64,000 nucleotides of DNA from Sphingomonadales bacterium. GTDB lineage: Bacteria; Pseudomonadota; Alphaproteobacteria; Sphingomonadales; Sphingomonadaceae. The notes under the pieces were generated by a model. The model made no database searches, was not told where the DNA came from, and was given only the letters and a program-made list of their open reading frames with translations. Shown in pieces: positions 26,642 through 38,684 of this stretch. The DNA is taken from the NCBI GenBank assembly GCA_038225475.1, contig JBBRRA010000004.1, forward strand, positions 168,710 through 232,709, written 5' to 3'. Each line of letters opens with the position of its first letter. Position 1 is the stretch's first letter. The position numbers and the translations under genes are program-made.

Positions 26642-27747
26642 CGCGCCAGCATGTCGTCGCGGCGCTGGCGTGAAACGCCCATGACGATGCCCAGCAGCAT
26701 CAGTACCGTCAGCATCGCCGAACCGCCATAGCTGACCAGCGGCAGCGGAATGCCGACCACCGGGGCCAGCCCCATCACCATCATCATGTTGATCGCGAGG
26801 TAGAAGAACAGCGTCCACGCCAGTCCCATCGCCATCAGCCGCGCAAACTGTGCGCGCGCCGACAGCGCTACGCCGATCGCCCATGTCAGGATGATGCCGA
26901 ACGCGACGATGATGAACAGTCCGCCGAGCAATCCCCATTCCTCCGCCATCGTCGCAAAGATGAAATCGGTGTGCAATTCGGGCAGATAGTCGAGGTGGCT
27001 TTGCGTGCCCTGCAAAAACCCCTTGCCGAACAAGCCGCCGCTGCCGATCGCGATTTTCGACTGGGTGATGTGATACCCCGCCCCCAGCGGATCGCTCGCG
27101 GGATCGAGGAAGATCAGCACGCGCTTTTTCTGATAGGCGTGGAGGAACCCCCACGCGACCGGCATCACCGCTGCCATCACCGCCGCCGCCGCGCCGAACA
27201 GCCAGAGCCGCACTCCGGCAAGAAACATCATCGCGACGCCGCCGAAGCCGATCGCGAGCGCCGTGCCAAGGTCGGGCTGGATCAGCACCAGTGCCGCCGG
27301 AAGCCCGATCAGCACCAGCGGCAGCCAAAGCCCGCCCAGCGTCGTGACGAACGGTCGTGGCAGGTTGTGATAATAGCGGGCGAGCGCCAGGATGATCGCC
27401 AGCTTCATGAATTCGGATGGTTGCAGCTGGATCAGCCCGAGGTCGAGCCAGCGCTGGCTGCCGCCGCCGATCCGCCCGAGAACTTCGACCGCAAGCAGCG
27501 ACACCAGCACCGCGCCGTAGATGACATAGGCCCAGCGCAACCAGAAACTTAAGCGGACCTGCGCCAGCGCGAGCATCGCCACCAGCAACACGGCAAAGCG
27601 GATGCCCTGCTTCAGCGCCCATGGCTGCAGGCTGCCGCCCGCCGCCGAATACAGCACCACCAACCCGAAGCTGCCGAGCGCCACGATCGTCAGGATAATC
27701 AGCCACGGCAGTTCGCGCAGCCGCATCGTCCAGGCGCCGTTCAGCAC
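26638..27747 (-). CDS. rodA: rod shape-determining protein RodA
   Basis: SEDS motifs QPSEFMK, GYHITQSKIAIGSGG, LPELHTDFIF, LPLVSYGGS. Confidence 0.97.
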   Translation of the reverse strand: MLNGAWTMRLRELPWLIILTIVALGSFGLVVLYSAAGGSLQPWALKQGIRFAVLLVAMLALAQVRLSFWLRWAYVIYGAVLVSLLAVEVLGRIGGGSQRWLDLGLIQLQPSEFMKLAIILALARYYHNLPRPFVTTLGGLWLPLVLIGLPAALVLIQPDLGTALAIGFGGVAMMFLAGVRLWLFGAAAAVMAAVMPVAWGFLHAYQKKRVLIFLDPASDPLGAGYHITQSKIAIGSGGLFGKGFLQGTQSHLDYLPELHTDFIFATMAEEWGLLGGLFIIVAFGIILTWAIGVALSARAQFARLMAMGLAWTLFFYLAINMMMVMGLAPVVGIPLPLVSYGGSAMLTVLMLLGIVMGVSRQRRDDMLAR

Positions 27748-27748
27748 C

Positions 27749-29686
27749 TCAGTCGCTCACGCCGGCCGCCGCATCGGCGTTCGCGCCGACGGGGGTCGTG
27801 CCGCTGGCGACCGACGTGGCGGTGGCGGCGGCGGCCTTGCGCCGTGCCTCGGCAAGCGCGGCCTCGATGGGTTCGAGCGTTCGAAGCGCGCGCTCGGGCT
27901 CGAACAGATAGGTCAGCACGTCGCGTGCGATCGGCGCGGCATTGGTGCCGTGTGCGCCATGTTCGAGCACGACGCTGACCGCATATTGCGGTACATCGGC
28001 CGGTGCGAACGCGACGAACAGCCCGTGATCGCGATACTGCCACGGCAGGCGTTCCTGCTTGATGACGCCGTGCGAGCGTTCGCCGGTCGAAATCCGGCGG
28101 ACCTGCGCCGATCCGGTCTTGCCGGCCATCTGGATGCCGTCGACCTGCAACTGCGACCGTGCGCCGGTACCGCCGCCGTTGACGACGTCGAACATGCCCT
28201 TGCGGACAATCGCCAGATGCTCGTCCGAAATGTCGAGTTTGGGCGGCGGCACACGCGGCGCATCGGCGATCAGGCGCGGTTCGACCGCGTTGCCCGAGCC
28301 CAGCCGCGCTGCCATCACCGCCAGTTGCAGCGGATTGACGATCAGATAGCCCTGGCCGATTGCCGTGTTGAGCGTCTCGCCGATGCCCCACGGCTTTTTA
28401 TAGCGGCGCTGTTTCCACGCCTGATCGGGCACGAGCCCTGCCGACTGGCCCGGCAGCGGCAGCTCGAACTTTTGCCCCAGCCCGAACTTGCGCGCGGTGG
28501 CGGCGATCGCTTCGATCCCGACCTGCCGCCCGAAGGTGTAGAAGAACACGTCGCAGCTTTTGGGGATGGCGGTGTGCATGTCGACATGCCCGTGGCCCTT
28601 TTTCGACCAGCAGTGCCATGTGTTGTTGCCCAGCCGGTACGCGCCGCTGCACTGGCACGATGCGGTCGGTGCGATTCCGGCCTGCAAAATGGTCAGCGCG
28701 GTCATCATCTTGAACGTCGACCCCGGCGGGTACAGCCCCTGCGCGCTTTTGTTGACGAGCGGGTGATGGTCGTTGGTCTGCAACGCCTCCCACACCGCCT
28801 TGGTGACGCGGGTCGAGAAGATGTTGGGATCATAGCCCGGCATCGACACCATGCAGAGCACGTCGCCGGTGGCGCAGTCCATGACGACGACGCTGGCGCT
28901 ATTGTCGCCAAGCCGCCGCGCGGCATAATCCTGCAGATCGCGGTCGATCGTCAGCTTAAGCGTGTTGCCGGGGATGTCGCTGCGTGTGCCGAGTTCGCGG
29001 ATAATCCGGCCACGCGCGCTGACCTCCACCCGCCGCGCGCCGGCCTTGCCGCGCAGTCCGGCGTCCTCGGTGCGTTCGATGCCGTCCTTCCCAAGCTTGA
29101 AGCCGGGAAAGATCAACAGCGGGTCGCGGGTTTTCTGGAACTGTTCGGGCGTCGGCGCACCGACATAGCCGAGCAGGTGCGAAAACGCCTCGCCGCCCGG
29201 ATAGACGCGGCTATAGCCGCGCAACGGCTGCAGCCCCGGCTGTTCGGACAGGTTGACGTTGATCGCGGCAAAGGTGTTCCAGTCGAGCCCGTGCGCGATT
29301 TCGACCGGCATGTATTTTGGCTGCCGTGCGACATCGCTGCGGATTCGCGCGATTTCATCCTCGCTCAGTGGCAGCACGCGCTGAACCGCCGCCAGCGTGG
29401 TGTCGAGGTCGGCGATGCTCTCGGGGATCAGTTCGAGCCGATAGTCGGGCCGGTTGAGCGCCAGCGGCTTGCCCGACCGGTCGACGATCCAGCCGCGCCG
29501 CGGCGGGATCATGCGCAGCGACACGCGGTTCGATTCGGAAGCCACGCGGTATTTGTCGCCCTCGAGGATCGACAGCCACGTCATCCGCCCGGCGAGCGTC
29601 AGCGCGACCGCGCCCATCGTGCCCCCCAGCAGGACGGCGCGGCGGCTGAATTGCTGCTCGCTCCCCGCTGCGGTGTTCGGGCTCAT
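27749..29686 (-). CDS. mrdA: penicillin-binding protein 2
   Basis: PPGSTFK (SxxK), SCD, KTG; start MSPNTAAG at 29686 overlaps the mreD stop. Confidence 0.96.
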   Translation of the reverse strand: MSPNTAAGSEQQFSRRAVLLGGTMGAVALTLAGRMTWLSILEGDKYRVASESNRVSLRMIPPRRGWIVDRSGKPLALNRPDYRLELIPESIADLDTTLAAVQRVLPLSEDEIARIRSDVARQPKYMPVEIAHGLDWNTFAAINVNLSEQPGLQPLRGYSRVYPGGEAFSHLLGYVGAPTPEQFQKTRDPLLIFPGFKLGKDGIERTEDAGLRGKAGARRVEVSARGRIIRELGTRSDIPGNTLKLTIDRDLQDYAARRLGDNSASVVVMDCATGDVLCMVSMPGYDPNIFSTRVTKAVWEALQTNDHHPLVNKSAQGLYPPGSTFKMMTALTILQAGIAPTASCQCSGAYRLGNNTWHCWSKKGHGHVDMHTAIPKSCDVFFYTFGRQVGIEAIAATARKFGLGQKFELPLPGQSAGLVPDQAWKQRRYKKPWGIGETLNTAIGQGYLIVNPLQLAVMAARLGSGNAVEPRLIADAPRVPPPKLDISDEHLAIVRKGMFDVVNGGGTGARSQLQVDGIQMAGKTGSAQVRRISTGERSHGVIKQERLPWQYRDHGLFVAFAPADVPQYAVSVVLEHGAHGTNAAPIARDVLTYLFEPERALRTLEPIEAALAEARRKAAAATATSVASGTTPVGANADAAAGVSD

Positions 29687-30213
29687 AACGTCGGGTTCAG
29701 CCCGCGCTGAATGCGGGCACACAGCAGGACGACGGCTGGATAGGCAAGGATCGTCGTCGCCGCCTGGATCAGCAGCGGCAGGAACGGACCGTCGGTGCCG
29801 GTAAACGCCAGCAGTTGCCACGTTGCGGCTTCGAACACGAAAATCACCGCCGCCGCCAGCGCCCAGTCGAAGCCGTAGCGGTGGCGGCCATAGCTCGCTT
29901 CGAACATGCGCAGAAAGATCACGACCAACGGCAGCAGCGTGCCGTTGACGCCGAGCGGCTCACCCAGCAACAGGTCGGCCGCCAGCCCGAGCAGGAACGC
30001 CAGCCACGGCGGCATCAGCGCCGGCTGAAACGTCGCCCAGACGAACACGCCGAGCAGCGCCAGATGCGGCAGCAGCGGAAAGCTCGCAAACAGCGGCGCG
30101 GTCATCAGCACAGTCAGCAGCAGCGTCACGACCGCCGGGACAGCACGCTGCGCCAGCGCCGTCCAGAACCGCACGCGGTCGGTCGGCGACAGCAGGCGAT
30201 AGGGGGCGTTCAC
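29683..30213 (-). CDS. mreD: rod shape-determining protein MreD
   Basis: Hydrophobic 176 aa between mreC and mrdA; FLLGLAADLLLG. Confidence 0.88.
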   Translation of the reverse strand: MNAPYRLLSPTDRVRFWTALAQRAVPAVVTLLLTVLMTAPLFASFPLLPHLALLGVFVWATFQPALMPPWLAFLLGLAADLLLGEPLGVNGTLLPLVVIFLRMFEASYGRHRYGFDWALAAAVIFVFEAATWQLLAFTGTDGPFLPLLIQAATTILAYPAVVLLCARIQRGLNPTL

Positions 30214-31214
30214 GCCGCCGGGCTCGGCGTAGTGGGAGCGACCGGCTTCGACGTGTTGGGGGCAGCCGCTGGCTTGGTGGCCGCTGTCGCCTTGGTCTTG
30301 ATGCGCTTGTTCGCCTCACGCGGGACCGGGACGGCGTTTGCCGCTGCCTCGGGATCGGCGATCTGCGGCACCGGCAGGTACGGCGCGAACACTGCGACAT
30401 GGCTCAGCGCGCCGGGGTTGGCATAGGGTTCGGCGAGCGGCGGCTCGCGCCCGGCATCGACGATCACCGCGACCGGAATCTGCGGCGCATAAATGCCGCC
30501 CGCGCCCGAAGTCACCAGCCGGTCGCCGACCTTGAGCGCCACTTCGGCACCCAGCCGGTCGCGGACTTCGAGCAGGCGGCCATTGGCTCCGACCGCCAGC
30601 GCCGGTTGCCCGGTGCGCACGATCAGGACCGGCACACGGCTGTTCGGATCGGTCAGCAACAATACGCGCGCGGCGTGGTTGCCCGCCTCCACCGTGCGCC
30701 CGACCAGCCCGGTATCGGCGCGAACCGGCTGGCCCGGAACCACGCCCTCGTCACGCCCGGCGGAAATCATCGCGGTGCGCGTATAGCTGCCCGTCGAGCT
30801 GCCGGCGATCCGCGCCACGGCAACCAACCCGGCGCGCGGCTCGACGACCTTGAGCAGCCGCTTGAGCGCGCCATTCTCCGCCCGGAGCGCGCCGTCGGTT
30901 TCAAGCGCGCGGCGCGCGGTGGCAAGTTCGGCGGTCAATTCGCGGTTGCGCGGCACGGTACCGATATAATCGCCGATCGTGTCGGTGACATCGCCCAGCC
31001 AGTCGAACGGCGCGCGCACGACGCCCCACACCGGCGTCACGATATCGAGCGCGGTGCCGCGCGCCCGCGCGCCGAGCACTGGATCGGCGCGGGCAAGGAA
31101 CAGCAGCACCAGCCCGACCGTCACGACGACGCCGGACACGACGGCACCGATCAGCGCGAGATTCTGCTCGCGCCGTGCGTTCCCGGATCGCCGTGATTGG
31201 GGCGGCCAGTCCAT
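30210..31214 (-). CDS. mreC: rod shape-determining protein MreC
   Basis: N-terminal TM and coiled coil; GLVGRTVEAG, VLLLTDPNSRVPV, VTSGAGGIY; synteny. Confidence 0.93.
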   Translation of the reverse strand: MDWPPQSRRSGNARREQNLALIGAVVSGVVVTVGLVLLFLARADPVLGARARGTALDIVTPVWGVVRAPFDWLGDVTDTIGDYIGTVPRNRELTAELATARRALETDGALRAENGALKRLLKVVEPRAGLVAVARIAGSSTGSYTRTAMISAGRDEGVVPGQPVRADTGLVGRTVEAGNHAARVLLLTDPNSRVPVLIVRTGQPALAVGANGRLLEVRDRLGAEVALKVGDRLVTSGAGGIYAPQIPVAVIVDAGREPPLAEPYANPGALSHVAVFAPYLPVPQIADPEAAANAVPVPREANKRIKTKATAATKPAAAPNTSKPVAPTTPSPAA

Positions 31215-31240
31215 CGCCCCGTCTCCCCCGCCTTAAGCCA

Positions 31241-32506
<1,266 letters not shown>

Positions 32507-32723
32507 CTATGTGGTTCAACTGGGCCGCGAATTTCCCAAACCCGCCTGATTGCTCGTCGCTGATGGTGTTTCGGTAAAACTTTCTGAGGTGTCGCAACCG
32601 CTGCGTTGAGGCGGGGGCGAAAAAGTTCCCGGTCTTTGGTACGATCTGCCATTATTTCGCATATTCAATGTCAGGATAGTCTCGCTGCAATTTCGTCCCT
32701 AGGTAAAACAATGACTTAGCAGT

Positions 32724-32739
32724 TGGCATGGCCTTTGCT
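32724..32739 (+). promoter_or_regulatory. sigma-54 (-24/-12) promoter
   Basis: TGGCATG-GCCT-TTGCT matches TGGCACG-N4-TTGC(A/T) with exact spacing; 54 nt upstream of a small ORF. Confidence 0.75.
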
Positions 32740-32793
32740 TAACGTCAGATGAGCCGGCGGATGTCCCGCTGGCGCATCGCAGGAGCCAACGCC

Positions 32794-32934
32794 ATGTTCA
32801 CCAATTTCAAGCGCGCCGCCGCCGGTTTTGCCGGGACTTTCGCCGCCGTTCTGTGCCTGACGGCGGCCCTCGCGCCGGCATTGTCGACGGCCACCCCGGT
32901 CGCAATGTTCGCCGCGCAGACGCTCGGCGCCTGA
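32794..32934 (+). CDS. small (46 aa) signal-peptide-like protein
   Basis: AGGAG RBS at 32781; [46 protein letters not shown]; downstream of the sigma-54 site. Confidence 0.65.
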   Translation: MFTNFKRAAAGFAGTFAAVLCLTAALAPALSTATPVAMFAAQTLGA

Positions 32935-32977
32935 ACTGCATGACAGCGACGGGCAGCAATGCGATAGCGGAGCGGCC

Positions 32978-34699
32978 ATGCCGATCCGCCGCCTGCCCGA
33001 CCAGCTCGTCAACCAGATTGCCGCTGGCGAAGTCGTCGAGCGCCCCGCCAGCGCGCTGAAGGAACTCGTCGAAAACGCCCTCGACGCCGGGGCGACGCGG
33101 ATCGCGGTAACCTTGCTGGGCGGCGGCACCACGCATATCGGCGTCACCGACAACGGGCACGGCATGGATGCCGCCGAATTGCGGCTCAGCCTTGAACGCC
33201 ATGCCACGTCGAAACTGCCCGACGGCGACCTGTCGGCGATCGCCACGCTGGGCTTTCGCGGCGAGGCGCTGCCCTCGATCGCCAGCGTCGCGCGACTGAC
33301 GCTCGCCAGCCGGACGGCGGGCGGGCAGGGGTGGGCGATAACGATCGACCATGGCCGGGTGCTGGCCGACGGCCCCGCGGGCCTGCCGCCGGGCACGCGC
33401 GTGACGGTCGACGGGCTGTTCGAAGCGGTGCCAGCGCGGCGCAAGTTCCTGAAGTCCGAACGCAGCGAGCTGTCGGCGTGCATCGACGTTGTCCGCCGTC
33501 TCGCGATGGCGCGCCCCGATGTGGCGTTCGACGTGACGCATGACACGCGGCGACTGCTCAGCGCCGATATCGGCGATGCGACGCTGCCACGACGGCTCGG
33601 CGCGCTGCTCGGCAGCGATTTTGCCGATAACGCCGTGCCGCTCGATTTCGACCGCGAAGGCATCCGGCTGGGCGGGCTGGCCGGGCTGCCGACGTATAAC
33701 CGCGGCGTCGCCGACCATCAGTTTCTGTTCGTCAATCGCCGCCCGGTGCGGGACCGGCTGCTCGTCGGCGCGGTGCGCGGCGCGTATCAGGATTTGCTGG
33801 CGCGCGACCGGCATCCGGTGGTGGCGCTGTTCCTCGATTGCCCGGCAGATTTCATCGACGTCAACGTCCATCCCGCCAAAACCGAAGTGCGCTTCCGCGA
33901 TGCCGCACTGGTCCGCGGCATGATCGTCAGCGGGCTGCGCCGCGCGCTCGACGCCGCCGGGCATCGCGCTTCGACGACGGTGGCCGTCAGCACGCTAGCC
34001 GCCTTCACTGCCGAACCCGCGCCGAGCTTTTTCGAAGCGCCCCGGCATGTCGCCGATACCGCGCCGATGTTCGACGCGCCGCTCGCCGCGCGGCTCGAAC
34101 CGCCCGCGCCGATGAATGCGTTTCCGATGGGTGTCGCGCGCGGCCAGATCGCGGCGACTTATATCGTCGCCGAGGCCAGCGACGGGCTCATTCTGGTCGA
34201 TCAGCATGCCGCGCATGAACGCCTGACGCTTGAGCGGATGAAGCGCGCGCTCGGCGCAGGCGCAGTGCCGGCGCAGGCGCTGCTGCTGCCGCAGGTCGTC
34301 GAGCTCGACGAGATCGCCGCCGATCACATCGCCGAGCGCTCCGCCGAGCTTGCCGAACTCGGGCTCGAAGTCGAACGCTTCGGCCCCAAGGCGGTGCTGG
34401 TGCGCGCGACACCGGCAATGCTGGGGGCGACCGATGCGGTCGCGCTGGTCCGCGACCTTGCCGACGACCTCGCCGCGTTCGACAGCGGGCTTAGCCTGAA
34501 GGAACGCCTCGACGCGGTCGCCGGCACTATGGCGTGCCACGGCAGCGTCCGCGCCGGGCGCATGCTGTCGGTTCCCGAAATGAACGCGCTGCTCCGCGAG
34601 ATGGAGGTGACGCCGCACTCCGGCCAGTGCAACCACGGGCGGCCGACATGGGTGAAACTGGCGAAAGGTGACCTCGAAAAACTGTTCGGGCGGCGGTGA
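32978..34699 (+). CDS. mutL: DNA mismatch repair endonuclease MutL
   Basis: [56 protein letters not shown]. Confidence 0.98.
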   Translation: MPIRRLPDQLVNQIAAGEVVERPASALKELVENALDAGATRIAVTLLGGGTTHIGVTDNGHGMDAAELRLSLERHATSKLPDGDLSAIATLGFRGEALPSIASVARLTLASRTAGGQGWAITIDHGRVLADGPAGLPPGTRVTVDGLFEAVPARRKFLKSERSELSACIDVVRRLAMARPDVAFDVTHDTRRLLSADIGDATLPRRLGALLGSDFADNAVPLDFDREGIRLGGLAGLPTYNRGVADHQFLFVNRRPVRDRLLVGAVRGAYQDLLARDRHPVVALFLDCPADFIDVNVHPAKTEVRFRDAALVRGMIVSGLRRALDAAGHRASTTVAVSTLAAFTAEPAPSFFEAPRHVADTAPMFDAPLAARLEPPAPMNAFPMGVARGQIAATYIVAEASDGLILVDQHAAHERLTLERMKRALGAGAVPAQALLLPQVVELDEIAADHIAERSAELAELGLEVERFGPKAVLVRATPAMLGATDAVALVRDLADDLAAFDSGLSLKERLDAVAGTMACHGSVRAGRMLSVPEMNALLREMEVTPHSGQCNHGRPTWVKLAKGDLEKLFGRR

Positions 34700-35094
34700 C
34701 CGGGCGGCTGATCTTTGTCTACAATGCCGAGGCAGGGCTGTTTGCCGGGCTGATCGACAGCGTTCACAAGCTCGTCTCGCCGTCGACCTACCCGTGCAGC
34801 CTGTGCGCCGTCACCTACGGCGCGTTGACGATGCACCCGCGCTGGCGGGCCTATCTGCGAGCGTTGCCGTATCCGGTGGCATTCTATCACCGGGCGGATT
34901 TTGGCGCGGCGTTTCCAGCGGCGGCGGGGCAGCCGCTGCCGCTGATCGCGCTCGATCGTGGCAGCCACTTCGAGGTCTTGCTTCCCGCGTCCGAACTTGC
35001 CCGGCTGCGCGACCTCGACGCGCTGATGACCGCGCTCGATGCCGCGCTCAGCCCGCCGCCTCCAGCCCGCCCAGCGCACTCCGCCCGCGCTTGA
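34696..35094 (+). CDS. conserved-looking hypothetical protein with CxxC
   Basis: GTGA overlap with the mutL stop; [26 protein letters not shown]; overlaps the leuA 3' end by 47 bp. Confidence 0.7.
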   Translation: MTGRLIFVYNAEAGLFAGLIDSVHKLVSPSTYPCSLCAVTYGALTMHPRWRAYLRALPYPVAFYHRADFGAAFPAAAGQPLPLIALDRGSHFEVLLPASELARLRDLDALMTALDAALSPPPPARPAHSARA

Positions 35095-36595
35095 CCATCA
35101 GCTTGTTCAGCGCGTTGACATAGGCGCGGGCGCTGGCGACCAGCGTGTCGACGTGCGCGCCGGTGCCGCGCACGGTGCGACCGTCCTCCGCCAGCAGCAC
35201 GCTGACTTCGGCCTGCGCGTCGGTGCCCTGCGTAACGGCATGAACCTGGTACAGCTGCAGCGACGCGCCGTCGTGCGGGACCAGCTTGCGGATCGCGGCG
35301 AACAGCGCGTCGACCGGGCCGTTGCCGCGCACGGCTGCGGTATGTTCGATGCCGTCGATCGCCAGCGTCAGGATCGCGCGCTGCGGTCCGTGGCTGCCGC
35401 AATACACCTCGACCTCGACGACCTGGATCGCGTCGTGGCCGCGCAGCACCTCGTCGTCGACCAGCGCGACGATGTCCTCGTCCCACACCGCCTTTTTGGC
35501 GTCGGCCAAGTCCTTGAAGCGTTTGAACGCATCGCCGAATTCATTGTCGGTGAGCACATAGCCCAGTTCGCCGAGCTTTTGCTTGAATGCCGCGCGGCCC
35601 GAATGCTTGCCGAGCACAAGGTTCGAAGCACCCTGCCCGACGCTTTCGGGGGTCATGATCTCATAGGTGCCGGCATCCTTGATCATGCCGTCCTGGTGGA
35701 TGCCGCTTTCGTGCGCAAAGGCGTTCGCGCCGACGATCGCCTTGTTCGCCTGCACCGCCATGCCGGTGATCCCGCTGATCAGGCGGCTGGCGCGGGTGAT
35801 CTCGGTCGACACGATGCCGGTGCGGAACGGCAGGACGTCGTGGCGGACCTTTAGCGCCATTGCGATTTCCTCGACGGCGGCGTTCCCGGCGCGCTCGCCG
35901 ATGCCGTTGACGGTCGCCTCGACCTGCCGCGCCCCTGCCATGACCGCCGCCAGCGTATTCGCCACCGCGAGGCCAAGGTCGTTGTGGCAGTGCGTTGAAA
36001 ACACCGCGAGGTCGGCATTGGGCACCCGGTTCAGCATGTCACGGAACATCGCGCCATAGCTTTCGGGGGTCGCATAGCCGACGGTGTCGGGCAGGTTGAT
36101 GGTGCGCGCGCCCGCTGCAATCGCCGCCTCGATCGCACGGCACAGAAAGTCCGCGTCCGACCGTGTGGCGTCCTCGGCCGACCATTCGACATCGGGGCAC
36201 AGGTTGCGCGCATGTCCGACCGACCGCGCAATCGCTTCGAGCACCGCATGCGGTTCCATATTGAGCTTGACGCGCATGTGCAGCGGCGAGGTTGCGATGA
36301 AGGTGTGGATGCGCGGCGACTTCGCCTCGCGTACGGCCGCCCAAGCGCGGTCGATGTCGCCGGTCGCCGCGCGCGCAAGGCTGGCGACGGTCGCGGTTTC
36401 GCAGTGGCGCGCGACTTCGCGGATCGCTTCGAAATCGCCGTCGCTGGCTATCGCGAACCCGGCCTCGATGATGTCGACGCCGAGCGCTTCGAGCTGGGCG
36501 GCGACGCGCAGTTTCTCCTCGAGGTTCATCGAGCAGCCGGGCGATTGCTCGCCGTCGCGCAGCGTGGTGTCGAAGATGCGAATATGGTCGGTCAT
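35048..36595 (-). CDS. leuA: 2-isopropylmalate synthase
   Basis: [44 protein letters not shown]; C-terminal regulatory domain. Confidence 0.98.
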   Translation of the reverse strand: MTDHIRIFDTTLRDGEQSPGCSMNLEEKLRVAAQLEALGVDIIEAGFAIASDGDFEAIREVARHCETATVASLARAATGDIDRAWAAVREAKSPRIHTFIATSPLHMRVKLNMEPHAVLEAIARSVGHARNLCPDVEWSAEDATRSDADFLCRAIEAAIAAGARTINLPDTVGYATPESYGAMFRDMLNRVPNADLAVFSTHCHNDLGLAVANTLAAVMAGARQVEATVNGIGERAGNAAVEEIAMALKVRHDVLPFRTGIVSTEITRASRLISGITGMAVQANKAIVGANAFAHESGIHQDGMIKDAGTYEIMTPESVGQGASNLVLGKHSGRAAFKQKLGELGYVLTDNEFGDAFKRFKDLADAKKAVWDEDIVALVDDEVLRGHDAIQVVEVEVYCGSHGPQRAILTLAIDGIEHTAAVRGNGPVDALFAAIRKLVPHDGASLQLYQVHAVTQGTDAQAEVSVLLAEDGRTVRGTGAHVDTLVASARAYVNALNKLMVKRGRSALGGLEAAG

Positions 36596-36689
36596 GGTCG
36601 GGCTCGCTGAACTGAGTTCCGGGGGGCAGGCTCGGAATTTCCCTCAGGCGCGGCGGCTCGAACCCCAGGGGGCGAGCAAAGTCACGCGC

Positions 36690-36731
36690 CTAAGGGCGCG
36701 TAAGTCGCAACAGAAGGGCGGGCTTGCTCAC
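36690..36731 (-). promoter_or_regulatory. leucine leader peptide / attenuator (MSKPALLLRLTRP*)
   Basis: GTG-started 13-codon uORF with four Leu codons (CTT CTG TTG..CTT); its stop lies in the hairpin ACGCGCC-CTTA-GGCGCGT; 94 nt upstream of leuA. Confidence 0.8.
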
Positions 36732-36824
36732 GCCACTATTATCGCCGCCCCGCGCCGCCATGTCCAGCCCGAACCGGCGTGGGACGACGGGCGGCACGCG
36801 CCCGCCGCCCCGCGCCATTTTCGG

Positions 36825-38486
36825 CTACAGCGCGTAGCGGACCACGTCGCTCAGCATGAACTTCGCGCCTGCTTGCGCGATCAGCGGGGTGAAGCCGGGC
36901 CAGCGGCGCAGATACGACTGGCTGTCGCGCCACAGCAGCCCGATGAACGTCTCGGCGACGATGCGGCTGCCGACCGGTCCGAGGTGGTGGCCACCGAACC
37001 CCGCCGTGATCCCTTCGTCGATGCGGTCGAAGCCGTAATATTCGGCCTCGCGCAGGATGTAGTACCAAAGCGGCGTGTTGCCGTTGAGCGGCTTGCCCGG
37101 CCCCGCCCATTTCTTCAGGATCGGCGTGCGCCGCGCCAGCACTTCGGCAAGATCGTCCTTTTTGTCCTGCGGAAATTTGCTCGGGTCGATGATCTTCGAA
37201 CCTGCACCCCACAGGATGTCGGGGGTCAGCGGCACGATGCCGAGCGACCGCGCCACCTGCTCGCCCGATGGCAGCCGCAGGTTGTTCGCGCCGCGCGCCA
37301 GATTGCGATAGGCGAGGTTCTTGAACGGCGACCCGTTGGCATGGAACTCGGGCAGGTCGGCGAGCGGATCGACGAGATTGGCGTCGATCCGGTACGACAT
37401 TTGCGGCACGACAAAGCCGTGCGTGACATGGCCGGTCGGCATGCCGTCGAGGTAGAAGGCCCAGTCGATCCCCCATGTCGGCGGCTGCAGCTGGCCAAAG
37501 CCGTTGAGGTTGGCGGTTGCCGCCGCAGCGGTCGAAAAGATCGGAATCCGCGATTTGCCGTCGCCGGTTTCGGTGCCGACGTCGTTGTTGATCGAATAGC
37601 CCGGGCGCACCTGCGAATGGCCGAAACGATAGCAGGCACCGGCAAACTCGACCGGCATATAAGCATAGGTCGGGTTGGCATGATCGTATAGCGGTAGGTT
37701 GGGCGTGCCCGATGTGCCCATCACCTGCTCGATCATGCCGGTTTCGAGGATCCGCGGCAGATAGTCGTTCACCACCAGCCATTGATAATGCCAGCGCACG
37801 ATCTGCGCCGCTGTCCGGAAGCGGCTCAGTCCGTTGCTGAAATCACCGCCCGCCGCCGCGATCAGCGCCTGGTCGTCGACGACTTTGTTGTGAAACGCGA
37901 TGAACAGCGCCTGGATCTGGACGACGATGCGGTTTTCATCGTTGCGCTTGTCGCCAAGGATCGCCGGAAAGGCCCCGGTCCCGGTATCGAGCCGAAGCAC
38001 GTCGCGCACCGCACCGTGCGGCGCCCCGGCCGCAGTCAGCGCCTCGCCCAGCCGCAGCTTCAGCCCGTCGTACATGTACGGCTGATCGTCCGGGCCGCGC
38101 CCGTACAGGCAATCGAGGTCGAGCGCCGGCGTGCGGAAATCCTCGAGTGCGGCAAGGTCGTTCGATTTGGTCGACAGCGGCGTCGGATCGAGCGAAATGT
38201 CGTGATCGACGAACTGCCCGAAATAGGTATAGCCGGCCGGGATCGACGGGTTTTCGTCGGTCGGCTCCGCCTGGTCGATCGGCTTGCTGGTGTCGGTCTT
38301 GATCATCGCGGTGGCGATATCGCGCAGGCATTCGTCGGGGATCGGACGGGCGAAAAAGTCGAACATCCGCCCGAACCGGCCATAGCCGTTGCCGGGGATC
38401 GACCCAGCTTCGATGCCGCGGTTGTCGAGGCCGTGCAGCGATTGTGGAATCGCGCTCAGCCGGGGTGGGGTGGGAGGCGTGGCCAT
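36825..38486 (-). CDS. bacterial heme peroxidase (peroxidase-cyclooxygenase superfamily)
   Basis: YTYFGQFVDHDI, GDKRNDEN, HYQWLVVNDYLP, YRFGHSQV (proximal His), LWYYILREAE; CAGGAG RBS before ATG 38486. Confidence 0.9.
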   Translation of the reverse strand: MATPPTPPRLSAIPQSLHGLDNRGIEAGSIPGNGYGRFGRMFDFFARPIPDECLRDIATAMIKTDTSKPIDQAEPTDENPSIPAGYTYFGQFVDHDISLDPTPLSTKSNDLAALEDFRTPALDLDCLYGRGPDDQPYMYDGLKLRLGEALTAAGAPHGAVRDVLRLDTGTGAFPAILGDKRNDENRIVVQIQALFIAFHNKVVDDQALIAAAGGDFSNGLSRFRTAAQIVRWHYQWLVVNDYLPRILETGMIEQVMGTSGTPNLPLYDHANPTYAYMPVEFAGACYRFGHSQVRPGYSINNDVGTETGDGKSRIPIFSTAAAATANLNGFGQLQPPTWGIDWAFYLDGMPTGHVTHGFVVPQMSYRIDANLVDPLADLPEFHANGSPFKNLAYRNLARGANNLRLPSGEQVARSLGIVPLTPDILWGAGSKIIDPSKFPQDKKDDLAEVLARRTPILKKWAGPGKPLNGNTPLWYYILREAEYYGFDRIDEGITAGFGGHHLGPVGSRIVAETFIGLLWRDSQSYLRRWPGFTPLIAQAGAKFMLSDVVRYAL

Positions 38487-38684
38487 CGATGTCTCCTGCG
38501 ATGAAAATGGAACCTGCAGCGCGTGCTGCGGCAAGCCAACTTCGTCACGCGGAGGCGATTGCTTCGCCCTCTGCCCAAGCGACCACTGGGGCGACCACCG
38601 CCTTATGCCATGCCAACGTGACGCGGTCATTAAGATTTAAATGCTGCAGTTGCGTCACGCGCCGCTTCACGACAGGGTCACACG

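Noticed and set aside
27602-29710. 702-aa plus-strand ORF, and similar ones at 36084-37691, 43210-44421, 51020-52297 and 54709-56166
   Set aside because: Shadow ORFs opposite or out of frame with well-supported core genes (mrdA, leuA/peroxidase, ilvB, gatA, pyrC).
38617-38660. Inverted repeat CGTGACGC..GCGTCACG around an AT-rich core between the peroxidase and DUF2721 genes
   Set aside because: A single occurrence with a long spacer and short GC-rich arms; could be a regulator site but cannot be told from chance.
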